A stretch of 47,304 nucleotides of DNA, taken from NCBI RefSeq assembly GCF_001194135.2, contig NC_068984.1:40684450-40731753 (forward strand). The letters run 5' to 3'. This document shows positions 1-11,128 of this stretch, in pieces. The DNA comes from Octopus bimaculoides. Taxonomy: Eukaryota. The position numbers and the translations under genes are program-made. Every line of letters starts with the position of its first letter. The first letter of the stretch is position 1. Below the pieces are notes generated by a model, which worked only from the letters and a program-made list of their open reading frames with translations, was not told the origin of the DNA and did not search any database.

Positions 1-20
1 CCTCGTCATATTGTCCTTGT

Positions 21-380
21 CAGGGCAGCGGACTCGCGGTCATAGGATCGCGGTTTGATTCCCAAACCGGGCGTTGTGAGTGTTTATCGAGCGAAAACAC
101 CTAAAAGCTCCACGAGGCTCCGACAGGTGATGGAGGCGAACCCTGCTGTACTCTTCCACCACAGCTTTCTCTCACTCTTACTTCCTATTTCTGTTGTGCC
201 TGTAATTCAAAGGGTCAGCCTTGTTACACTGTGTCACGCTGAATATCCCCGAGAACTGCGTTAAGGGTACACGTGTCTGTGGAGTGCTCAGCCACTTGCA
301 CGTTAATTTCACCAGCAGGCTGTTCCGTTGATCGGATCAACTGGAACCCTCGACGTCGTAAGCGACGGAGTGCCAACAAC
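21..380 (+). mobile_element. tRNA-derived SINE family A (variant A1), first ~18 nt of head missing
   Basis: Near-identical to 33424-33786. Pol III B-box-like GGTTTGATTCC. Ends in CGTCG-TAAG-CGACG hairpin plus GGAGTGC(CAA)n. Confidence 0.9.
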
Positions 381-676
381 TTATTTTCGTTTAGCTCTCT
401 GTCGGCTGTTCGGAGCAAGGAGACATCTAACCAAAAACATTCTAAAACTCGTCTATCGATAATCTTTCAAACATTGTATACCTAGAACTACATTATTCAG
501 TGTGGCCTTTTTTTTAAAAAGCAAGAATGGAGTTATTCACTGGCAGAATTATTAGAGCATTAGATAAAACTTTTGCATTATTTACTCGTTTTCTGAGTTC
601 AAACACCACTGAGGTCAAGTTCGCTGCTGTTGTTTTGTAACCATGTCATATATATATATATATATATACTAAATTA

Positions 677-933
677 TTGGGTTGGTGCATAATTATTGCG
701 GCTTTTTCTCAACAAATTTTATTCAGTAAAAACAATAACAATATTTAACAAAAACATATTTAAATGACGGTCTGATCGTCTACCAAGCAAATGGAAAGCA
801 GTAATTGAAGTAGATGGTGAATATATTCCGGAATAATCATTTAAAGATGTTTTTGTTACATGTTATTGTTTTTGTTGAATAAAATTTGTTGCAAAAAAAC
901 AAAAAAACCCGCAATAATTATGCACCAACCCAG
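677..933 (+). mobile_element. Non-autonomous Tc1/mariner MITE with Hsmar1/cecropia-like TIR
   Basis: TIR TTGGGTTGGTGCATAATTATTGCGG ... CCGCAATAATTATGCACCAACCCAG. TA at 675-676 and 934-935. Inverted symmetry extends ~90 bp. Centre 780-827 encodes LPSKWKAVIEVDGEY, resembling the mariner transposase C-terminus. Confidence 0.9.
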
Positions 934-944
934 TATTGTTGCAG

Positions 945-1138
945 CTGCAAAAACATCACGAAAGCTGCTACTCAGAGTTTCACGTTCCTGTTCGTAGGAT
1001 AGTTTAGATTGAGAATGGATCTAGAGAATGGTGCTAATCTCAGGTCTATAGGCTGATTCTCGATCTAAACTGTCCGACGAACAGCAACACGAAACTCTGA
1101 GCAGCAGTTTTTGTGATATTTTTATGATGTTTTTGCAG
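945..1138. mobile_element. Fold-back (long inverted repeat) element, unclassified MITE-like
   Basis: Arms 945-1016 and 1056-1138 are imperfect reverse complements around a 39-nt spacer. No clear TSD. Confidence 0.65.
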
Positions 1139-1377
1139 GTTTAATAATGATGCAGCATATTACTTTCCCTCCGGTATTCGAGTACTATTTTTTCCTACCT
1201 TACTTTACATTTCTGTGCTTACTTTGGTATATACATACATATATACATACATACATACATACACACATATATATATANNNNNNNNNNNNNTATGTTGTTG
1301 TACTTGGGGATGGTCATATTGCCAGTTTAGCCAATAAAAACACACGCACTGTATATTTGGTGTTAATTTTTTTTTTT

Positions 1378-1410
<33 letters not shown>

Positions 1411-2218
1411 GACAGTTCAGTCAGTGAACAATCCAGCACTCCTGATGCACTACGCTGTCAATTAGACCAACATATTACACTGTACGCCCCCAACGTATTA
1501 TATGAGGACACTGCGTACAACTGGGGGCATGTTGCATTACTGCCAGTGCCCGATGTACCTGTTGTTGTTTAACCCCAGGTCGGGAGAACATTTTAAAACT
1601 ATCTCATTTCATTCAATTTCCAGATATTTTCCTATGAGTTTTGATGATGAACACATGGAGTCAGGGCTCTTTTTCAATGCAAGAATTGGTGTGCTGCTAT
1701 TTTCTTAGGCGTGAGCATCTTAACACAGCGTTTGAAGCTAATGCGGTGGTTGATTCTTCTGTTGTGTTTTTGTCAGAACTAAATGGAAGAGTTTACGATG
1801 TCTCGTATATCCTGGATTGGACGTTTCCCCAACAAGATGTGGTTTTCGGTTCAATTGCAAGATGCGACACCTTGGTCAAGTGTCTTCTCAGCAGTGAAAT
1901 TTGGTCGACGGAAATTGTTTAGCAGCCTATTAGAGGAGCCGTTTCTATTCTGAGCTCTCTCTGTTTAACATCTCGCTCTGTTTAACACCACCTCCTGGCC
2001 TTTGAGTTCCTTCAGTGGAGTATAGGCTGTTGCATGTAATCAGTGAAGATTGGAGGTTTGAGGATACCATCCTTTCATCCTTATGTCGTTTGGTGATGCG
2101 CCAGATAAGGTTATCTCTTCTTTAATAAGTTAACAAAAAAAAAAAACTCATGTACCGAGCCAACGAAGAGCCCTCTACGTAGTGAGGCAGTTAAAAATAA
2201 GTGAGTTTCTCTCAAATC

Positions 2219-2380
2219 TCACCCTGCCGTCTTAACAAAGTGCACACTGGATAATGTAACGATGCGTGCTTGGAAGTCTCTGTTGCAGGTCGGGGACTGG
2301 TACTCTGCTCCTGCGATCCTGTTTTGTTCATAGGAGGTGATACCTCTCTTGATGCAGCTACGCCAGGCGGTCCTGTGCTT
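2219..2380 (-). mobile_element. RTE-clade LINE 3' fragment
   Basis: Translates HRTAWRSCIKRGITSYEQNRIAGAE..YQSPTCNRDFQARI, matching the recalled RTE ORF C-terminus (DRxxWR..YEQxRI..CxxCxRxFxARIGL) with an internal deletion. Confidence 0.75.
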
Positions 2381-2509
2381 GTATTTCCCATATATACGCA
2401 CACATGCACACATATGTATATGAGTACATCCCAAGAATATTTGCATGAAGAGTAGTCGCTCCAAGACCTGTGTTAGATGCATTACATCTCACCTAGAAGA
2501 AACAGAAGA

Positions 2510-3690
2510 TAGCTACTTGAAAATCTTCATCAGTAACAAAGATAAGGATGCTTCAAAGAATATGCGCCTGGTGATACAAAATGAATATCGATTATTCCAG
2601 TTTGATAGATAACACCCACAATTTCAGTAGCTGTCCAAAAATGCTGCAAGGTGCTACATAATCATGAGATATGACATCGTTGCGAAAACTATATACAATG
2701 ATATCCGCAAGAAGATTTGTTCCAAAGGTCATATCAAAGGTACACCAGAACTAAAATATATCTACACATATAGAAATGAAGAATACTGAATGAACATTCT
2801 AATACAAATGCCAGTCCGGTGCAAACACAATAAACCTGATACTCAGTGGCGGCTCGTAGATAAAATTATTGCGGGTGCTACTTCAGAAAATTTTTAGCCG
2901 TTGTTTTAACATTGTGCAAAAGGAAACAAACATATAAAAAGAAAATTTATACATAAATTTGATCGGTTCGCGTTTTAGCCATTGCCGGGTAGTGTGGTTA
3001 ATTTGTTCACTGAACACCGCGAATTCACCCTTATTTTTCAAAATTCCTCCCTAAATCACAAAATAAGGGAGAAAAACCTGCCTCATTTTTCAAATCCTGG
3101 CAGCAACACTGAACCTGGAAGCAGGATAATAATTTAATTCTCCACTTTATCACATTCAAGAATATAAACACGTTTTTAAGCACAACACACGTAGAGCCAA
3201 AAAAAGAAACATTACCTGCACCAGTACATCAAGGTCGGCACTGCGTGAACCACATTGCTCTCTCTTCCTAGCGTGCAGCTTCCTACATCGGACATGTGAG
3301 CATGCGCACAACAGCGAAACACCGCGTCGCTGGAACTGTGAAGTGTACAGTTCTATACAAGGATTTTTGTATTTTCCCATAAACTAGGGGATGGCTACTG
3401 ATATTAAGCTTAAGGATTATATAACGTACAAGTATAAGGAAGAAATTAAAGAAAAAAAGGACTCATTATATTGAATGTTATCGATAATATCGAGTGGAAA
3501 TGGGGGTGCTGCAGTTCCACAGTACCTATACACGGGCCGCCGCTGCTGATACTATTCTACTGGACAGGAAAAAGAAATCATGCACTACTGAAGAGATAGA
3601 GAATGTTTCGTCTAAATTGCAGAAAATATGAACGTCTATACGGAATTAAAGAGAAACTTAGACGCCTTGCATTCAGGCCAAAGGTTTTTC
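2510..3690 (+). mobile_element. R4/Dong-type non-LTR retrotransposon C-terminal fragment, split by a hAT MITE
   Basis: Degenerate zinc-knuckle region (SSCPKM..RYDIVAKTIYN), then EEY*MNILIQMPVRCKHNKPD, resuming after the insertion as TILLDRKKKSCT. Restriction-like endonuclease motif. Homologous to the 4560-5185 copy. Confidence 0.75.
2844..3545. mobile_element. hAT-type non-autonomous DNA transposon
   Basis: TIR CAGTGGCGGCTCGT vs CAGCGGCGGCCCGT (12/14). Exact 8-bp TSD CTGATACT at 2836-2843 and 3546-3553. No transposase ORF. Confidence 0.88.
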
Positions 3691-3810
3691 TTCATACTCA
3701 AGATCTATAAAAGACAGGCTCAGCTGGTATATTGGTATAGATTCGGACGGCTGAGGAAGGGTCTGTGAATATCTATTCCATCTTGGATAATTTCTCTTGG
3801 TAAACCTGCA

Positions 3811-3848
<38 letters not shown>

Positions 3849-4022
3849 ACTGTGTATTGACACTTAAAAGTCAACAGTCACTACTATATTAAATATTATA
3901 CGCATACATATGTATGTTTGTAAAGCTACTGCTTCTGTACTTCCTACCAGCTGCTCATCAAATTTTATATATTTATATATGTGCTTCTGTACTTCCTACC
4001 AACTACTCAAGTTTATCCTATT

Positions 4023-4026
<4 letters not shown>

Positions 4027-4102
<76 letters not shown>
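4027..4102. repeat. (GT)n microsatellite, representative of dozens of CA/GT, TA, AG and TACA arrays in the window
   Basis: Direct inspection. Confidence 0.98.
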
Positions 4103-4106
<4 letters not shown>

Positions 4107-4307
4107 CGATGGACAAAAGGTTCTGCGTATGTGCGGAAGCATTTGTCATCTATTCAGTGCCCGTCGACTACGTAACTTTAATTATTTTTACTACCCCTAC
4201 TACTAATAGTAAATTTTTTCTATTTTAAATTTTTCATTATTTCTCCCCCTCAGCTGACTCTAACTTATACTAACCATCACACTGTTCCTACTACCTTTGA
4301 AATATAC

Positions 4308-4505
4308 TTTTCTACTGTAGGCACAAGGCCTGAAATTTTTTGGGAGGGGGTCAGACGATTAAATCGACCCCAGTACGCAACTAGTACTTAATTTATCGAC
4401 CCCAAAAGTATGAAAACCAAAGTCGAGCTCGGCGGAATTTGAACTCCGACGAAATACCGTTAAGAATTTCGCCCGGCGTGCTAACGTGTCTGCCAGCTCA
4501 CCGCC
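4308..4505 (-). mobile_element. SINE family B, tail type B3
   Basis: Head GGCGGTGAGCTGGCAGA, B-box GAGTTCAAATTCC, central GTCGACTTTGCCTTTCATCCTTTCGGGGTCGAT-like domain, tail GGCCTTGTGCCTACAGTAGAAAAG. Confidence 0.9.
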
Positions 4506-4559
4506 TTACTATCCTTGAAACATAGTCCAACGAAACTATATATAGGAATTTTCTTTGAG

Positions 4560-5185
4560 TTTTATTTAAAGTTCTTGAGGAATTTCAAGCTGGTTGCTAA
4601 CAAAGCGACAAGACATTTTAAATTATGAGAGTTCCCAGCGGTTGAGTTAGTGTGTTGTTTGAACTGTCAATGCATACACCCAAATGTGTGCATCTATTCA
4701 CATAAGACTCTCAGATGGAGAATATTTGGAATGTCTTACAAATCTTCACTGTGCCACTCATTGATTGGATTTGGAGAATCTGTCAGTTTTTTTTTTTGCT
4801 CTTTTCCCATGAAACCGAGTATTTCTAGGTTTTTCTGCAAATTTCTATGTACATAACCGAATGCACCTATAATGATAGTTACAAATGAGAATTTTGTAAC
4901 TATCATTATAGGTGCATTCGGTTATGTACATAGTCAGTGTACAAGAGCTGTAAGTTCCAGATTAATTCGCCATAAGTGTTCTCTCTCTCCTGGACTCTTG
5001 ATTGTACAGTCACATCCGCGGGGCAGCTGACTTCTGCAACAGTGCATGACTTTTGTTCCTTGTTTTACAGAAGAATATCAGGTCTGCTATGTTTGCACTG
5101 AATTCATGTTTTTATTGAGATGTTCCACCAATATTCCTTGCTTGTAAATGTGTGAATACCTGCTGGCTCTGATACGCCTTTGACC
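4560..5185 (-). mobile_element. R4/Dong-type LINE 3' fragment (RLE domain, C-terminus, 3' UTR)
   Basis: KEYWWNISIKT*IQCKHSRPDILL, then (frameshift) CTVAEVSCPADVTVQSRVQERENTYGELIWNLQLLYTDY, then KFSFVTIIIGAFGYVHRNLQKNLEILGF. PD..E RLE motif. Confidence 0.85.
4845..4933. repeat. Perfect 41-bp inverted repeat with 7-nt loop
   Basis: 4845-4885 is the exact reverse complement of 4893-4933. Confidence 0.97.
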
Positions 5186-5714
5186 TATGTATGTATGTAT
5201 GTATGTATGTATGTATGTATGTAGTTAAGAATTTTACCTCACAGCTCGTGGTTTCCAGTCCATGTGTGATATCTTGAACAAGCGTACTCTCCAGCAGTGT
5301 CGGTCGGTTCAGTGCTTTGTGAGGAAAACTGCTTCACAAAAATAGTTCGGAAATCCGTCGTGCACACACACACACACACACACACACAAAATCTTCGTTA
5401 CCTTTTACGAAAAATTATAAATACAAGTGTGCGCATTTGTATTTGTTCATGTGTCTCTCTCGATGTGTGTTCACAATAGACAATTATTAACGATTCTTAT
5501 AAAAAAAACGGTACTCTCTGCTTACGTCCTGTAACATGGCAATTCGTTAGAAGAAAAATAAATTCAGGGGTTGATATGATCTGCAAAAGCCTTCGAAGCG
5601 GTGCCATATCATGGCTGCAGTGTAAAGGTGATTTTCTACAGCCTCGAATGTACCCATAATTTATGACGGTTATCGAGTCGACGGAAACTGTTTAGGAGCA
5701 GGTCCAATGGATTA

Positions 5715-5895
5715 TACTTGTAATTCAAACGCTCAGCCTTGTCACATACGGTGTCACACTGATTCTGCCTAAGAATTACATTAATGGTGCACATGTCTGC
5801 GGAATGCTCAACCACTTACATATTAATTCAAATGGACATGTACTTTAGTTGATCAAACAACTGAATGCTCATCGCCGAAGCCGACGGTGATCCAT
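5715..5895 (+). mobile_element. Degenerate SINE family A 3' half
   Basis: GTAATTCAAA..CAGCCTTGTCACA..ATGTCTGCGGAATGCTCAACCACTTAC..CCGACGG aligns to the A 3' module. Confidence 0.75.
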
Positions 5896-5933
5896 GCATC
5901 CATCATTTCAACCAGCCAATCAGTCCTCTATAT

Positions 5934-5970
<37 letters not shown>

Positions 5971-6050
5971 TACATGCATACATGCATACATACATACATA
6001 TATACATGCATACACACACATACATACATATATACATACATACACATATA

Positions 6051-6265
6051 TACTCTTTTATTCTTGTACTCTTTTACTTGTTTCAGTCATTTGACTGTGG
6101 CCATGCTGGAGCCCCGTCTTTAGTCAAGCAGATCGACCCCAGGACTTATTCTTTGTAAGCCTAGTACTTATTCTATCGGTGTCTGTAGTCGAACCGCTAG
6201 GTTACGGGATCGTAAACACACCAGCATCGGTTGTCAAGCGATGGTAGGGGATAAACACAAACACA
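6051..6265 (-). mobile_element. SINE family C 3' half, running into its internal microsatellite and a gap
   Basis: Matches 34736-34925 (CAGTCAAATGACTG hairpin, TAAAAGAG tail repeats). Confidence 0.92.
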
Positions 6266-6592
6266 CATATATATATATGTATATATATATATATGTATAT
6301 ATATANNNNNNNNNNNNNNNNNNNNNNNNNNNNNNNNNNNNNNNNNNNNNNNNNNNNNNNNNNNNNNNNNNNNNNNNNNNNNNNNNNNNNNNNNNNNNNN
6401 NNNNNNNNNNNNNNNNNNNNNNNNNNNNNNNNNNNNNNNNNNNNNNNNNNNNNNNNNNNNNNNNNNNNNNNNNNNNNNNNNNNNNNNNNNNNNNNNNNNN
6501 NNNNNNNNNNNNNNNNNNNNNNNNNNNNNNNNNNNNNNNNNNNNNNNNNNNNNNNNNNNNNNNNNNNNNNNNNNNNNNNNNNNNNNNNNNNN

Positions 6593-6627
<35 letters not shown>

Positions 6628-6894
6628 AACACATACGTGCATACATGCACACACACGTACACATACACACACACACCCACACACTGACACATACATACAT
6701 ATGCGAGTACACGCGTCCCTATTATTTCGCGTATATTTAGTGTTTTGTTTGTTCGTTATTTTAGACATACGGTAACGTAAAAGGCACAAGATCATAAAAA
6801 TCACGAAGGCGAGTGTGCTTACAAAATGACAGTTTGTGTCGTTGATCCCCACATTATATCATGCTGCACGACTCGACAATGGAACCCCTATTAG

Positions 6895-7315
6895 GTTGTT
6901 CGATATGCTAGATATAAAAGCCAAAGCTCCTTCAAATCACACCTGTTTTTTTTTTTTAAGTAGATACATTACGAAGTCCCTAAATAGAGGAAAAGACAAG
7001 GGTTGGCACGCCTTTCCTCATAACTCTGCTTCATTAGGATTGACAGCTAGCTGAGTCAACGATGAAGACCGTACGTGGTCGGTCATCCAACATGCTAAAA
7101 ACAGCAGTCAAACATAGATCACAGCTGTGTTAAAAAACAAACAAACAAGGTGATGCATTATGTTATGAAGTCCTTAAATAGATGGAATGGTAACGCCTGG
7201 AACGTCTTTACTCGAAGACTGGCAAAAAGCTATGGCAACAGTGATGCCTTTACATGATCATCTGACCTGCTATAGATAGCCACTAAATTCCACTCAGATC
7301 ACGCATTATCATTTT
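6895..7315 (+). repeat. Fragments of a fourth interspersed repeat (family D); other pieces at ~2185-2260, 7905-7975, 40175-40235 (+) and 1555-1590 (-)
   Basis: Recurring GACCTGCTAGAAATAGCAGCCAAATCT..CAAATCACAC motif, and a probable 3' end GACCTGGGGxTAAAC(AAC)n. Confidence 0.55.
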
Positions 7316-7329
7316 TTTAAAATACGTTT

Positions 7330-7760
7330 CTTTCTGTTACTTGTGTCAGTCATTAGACAGCAGCCAAGCTGAAGCATCCCCTTGAAGGGTTTTAACCAAG
7401 CAAATCGACCCCAGTATTTATTTTAAAATCTGGTACTGCTATTGGTTTCTTTTGCCGGGCCGCTAAGTCACAGCAACGTAAACAAACCAACACTAGTTGT
7501 TAAGTAGTCGTGGGGGACAAATGCAACGATACACACACGCGCACACATACACACGCACACACAAACACACACACGCACACGCATACACACGCACACATAA
7601 ACACTCACATATACACATACATGACGGGCTTCTACACAGTTTCCGTTTATTCACTTACAAGGCATTAAACAGCCTGCTACTTACTGCAGTAGAAAACTCG
7701 CGCCCAAGGTTCCACGTATTGGAACAGAATCAGAAAGTGCGTATCTTAACCACACGTCCA
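7330..7760 (-). mobile_element. Diverged near-full-length SINE family C
   Basis: Both halves align to 34736-35151 around an internal (CA)n array. Confidence 0.85.
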
Positions 7761-8155
7761 GACCTGTCTCTATAAAACTTGAGGGAGGTGGCCGCGATTA
7801 CGATACGAACTTGTGTTAGCACGGTCACAAATCCCGGTTCTAACCACAGGTACAGATAACGAAGTCACAAATAAATATCCCTAAAAAGAAAACATGAGCT
7901 AGTTACGGTTTGAATGCATGTGATCATAGGATTTGCTCAAAGAAGGTTGATTTGGGGCGAAACAACATCAACAGCATCGGAAATCAAAATCCTGTTAATA
8001 TTAGAGGGATTATCGTTAATATAATATTCTGTTGATCAACAACTGAGACTAATGTAACACAGAGCGGTGGTTATCACTGCCTATCGCTTGTTTGGCTAAC
8101 CGTGACTAGCTTTGCATGAATGAGAATGACGCTTCACAAAAATGTGCGAGACCAT

Positions 8156-8196
<41 letters not shown>

Positions 8197-8659
8197 NNNN
8201 NNNNNNNNNNNNNNNNNNNNNNNNNNNNNNNNNNNNNNNNNNNNNNNNNNNNNNNNNNNNNNNNNNNNNNNNNNNNNNNNNNNNNNNNNNNNNNNNNNNN
8301 NNNNNNNNNNNNNNNNNNNNNNNNNNNNNNNNNNNNNNNNNNNNNNNNNNNNNNNNNNNNNNNNNNNNNNNNNNNNNNNNNNNNNNNNNNNNNNNNNNNN
8401 NNNNNNNNNNNNNNNNNNNNNNNNNNNNNNNNNNNNNNNNNNNNNNNNNNNNNNNNNNNNNNNNNNNNNNNNNNNNNNNNNNNNNNNNNNNNNNNNNNNN
8501 NNNNNNNNNNNNNNNNNNNNNNNNNNNNNNNNNNNNNNNNNNNNNNNNNNNNNNNNNNNNNNNNNNNNNNNNNNNNNNNNNNNNNNNNNNNNNNNNNNNN
8601 NNNNNNNNNNNNNNNNNNNNNNNNNNNNNNNNNNNNNNNNNNNNNNNNNNNNNNNNNNN

Positions 8660-8705
<46 letters not shown>

Positions 8706-9036
8706 TGTGCGTGTGTGCATGTATAATGAACGACTAAACGAATAAACTCAACAGCATGCATCGAGTATACTGGCATATTCATCCGCGTTACGGAAAAGTG
8801 ACGCTCCTGATAGTGACGTTCTTGCCGTAATGTGAAAGTTATGTTCCTTTGACTTTTGTTTTACATCGAAATCAATGGAAGAGAGAGAAGAGAAGAGAAA
8901 TGGTAGAAGAGAGAAGACGCGAGAACGAAAGAGGACAGCGGCTTTGTAGATTATTTTCCCTTGCATGTTCTTAAATGTTTATGATTTTGTTTTCGTTATT
9001 CCTTAGAGCATTGAGTCTCTGTTTATATCACAGAAA

Positions 9037-9354
9037 GGCGCATAGTTTAGTGGTTAGAGTAATCGGATCATAATCGTAAGGTCGTCAGATCAATTCCCGG
9101 CGACGCGTTGTGTCCTTGAGCAAGACTTTTTATTTCCTGTTGCTCTAGTCCACTCAGCTGGCAAAAATGAGTAATACCTGTATTTCAAAGGACCAACCTT
9201 GTCACATTCTCTGCCTCGCTGAATATCTCTGAGAACTACGTTAAGATACGCGTGTCTGTGGAGTGCTCAACCACTTGCACGTTAATTTCACAAGCAGGTA
9301 GTTCCGTTGATCGGATCAACTGGAATCCGCGTCGTCGTAAGCGACGGAGTGCCA
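9037..9354 (+). mobile_element. SINE family A variant A2 (different head and middle, same 3' module)
   Basis: tRNA-like head, then GTGTCCTTGAGCAAGAC..CACTCAGCTGGCAAAAATGAGT, then the same ~190-nt 3' module as A1 with intact hairpin. Confidence 0.85.
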
Positions 9355-9804
9355 GTCCAGTCCAGTCCATCACATAACGATATATTGATACACACACACG
9401 CGCACACACACATGCGTAAGAGAAACGGAAATGAGTTAAGAGAAATAACTCAGAGGGGTTAGTGTCATGCATTTGAACAACAAAGACGAATAGGAGTACA
9501 TCAAATAACATTTTTGCTTTATTGAAATCATCTCAGCTTCCTGTGAAGGTTGACCAATCGCTTGGTGGCAGTTGGTATCAGTTCCAAATGAGGTGGTAGA
9601 TAACTTCAAAAATCAGCAATTCTTCAAAACTTATATAGCATTATGTCAAAAAACATCTGATCGTCTGAAGACATGAGGTCAGCTGTGGTCACGTGTTTTT
9701 GCCTCAGTTGGGTTCATGCATGCATGCATGTATGTATGTATGTATGTATATATATATGTATGTATGTAAGAATGCATGTACGCATGCATGAATGTATTTT
9801 ATTC

Positions 9805-10000
9805 TTTTCTTTTACTTGTTTCAATAATTTGACTGCAGCCATGCTGGAGCACCGCCTTAAATGGATTTTTAGTCGAAGAAATCGACCGTGGGACCTATTC
9901 TTTGTAAACCTAGTACTTATTCTATCGGTAACTTTTGCAGAACCACTAAGTTACGGGGACATAAACACACCACCATCAGTTGTCAAACGATAGCGTGTGT
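9805..10000 (-). mobile_element. SINE family C 3' half
   Basis: Aligns to 34736-34925. Confidence 0.9.
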
Positions 10001-10805
10001 GTGTGTGTGNNNNNNNNNNNNNNNNGGGGGGGGGGGGGCAAACGCAAACACAAAGACACATATATATATATATATGCGTCTGCCGATCTCATTAGTGTCA
10101 GACAAATTGCCTCGCGGTTTTGTTCCGGCTCTTAACGTTATGAATTCAAATCTCGCATGGTTATTCCTTAGATTTCTTCCGTCTGGGATTGGTAAATAAA
10201 GTGTCTGCTAAATACTGGAATCAACATAATCAATTTTTCCCATCTACTGAATTTCAGTACGAAATGAAGAAGTGGGTGTGAGTACAATTTACTGTGTGTA
10301 TGTGTGTGTGTATGTGTGTGTGTGTGTGTGTGTATGTGTGTGTGTGCGTTTGTATGTTTGCGTCTGTTTCTATTTGTGGGTGAGTAGGCGTTAAGTGTGG
10401 AGTTTGGATGTGATGGTTTTGTAACTTTATCAATGTGTGCATATACGTTTGCGTGAGTCTGGATGAGTATAAAATGCATAGATATGTATGCTTGTTTGTG
10501 TCGGCATCTGTGTGTATGTCTCTGTGAGTGTAAGCATTCGTATGTGTGTGTATGTGTGTAAAATCACTTGGGACACGTTGCGAATCTAGCATTCAAATAC
10601 CAATAGAAATCTCTGATCACATGATTCCTTCATCAGCTAAACAGCAGAGAGAAACGCTTACTTGCCTAGTTACATACATAGTAACATAGGAACCAGAGAC
10701 CTACGGAAAGCCAAAATATCAAAAATAAAAATAGAACAGTTTGGTACAGCAAACATATTTGCGAGTGTACTCAAGTTGCAACGATGTACATTGAAAATAT
10801 AATAT

Positions 10806-10987
10806 TTATTTCTTTATTACCCACAGGGGGTTAAGCATAGAAGGGATAAACAAGGACAGACAAAGGGATTAAGTCGATTACACTGATCCCAGTGCGTAAC
10901 TGGTACTTATTTAATCGACCCCGAAAGGATGAAAGGCAAAGTCGACCTCGGCGGAATTTGAACTCCGAACGTAACGGCAGGCGAAAT
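10806..10987 (-). mobile_element. SINE family B, tail type B1, 5'-truncated
   Basis: Reverse complement of 11787-12018, including the CCCCCTGTGGGTAATAAAGAAATAA end. Confidence 0.9.
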
Positions 10988-11089
10988 ATGTAAGCAATTA
11001 TCGCTAATTATAGGGACAAACGTTTCATAGTTATTCAGACATTTTCCTTCTTTTCTTCAATGCGCGCATTCACACACACACGCACACAC

Positions 11090-11128
<39 letters not shown>

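Noticed and set aside
1590-2110. LINE RT remnant
   Set aside because: Only faint motif hints (NHRIS) and an embedded degenerate SINE C head. Not classifiable by eye.
4845-4933. MADE1-like mini-MITE
   Set aside because: The arm sequence is part of the Dong reading frame (FVTIIIGAFGYVH), so it is a local inverted duplication, not an inserted TIR element.
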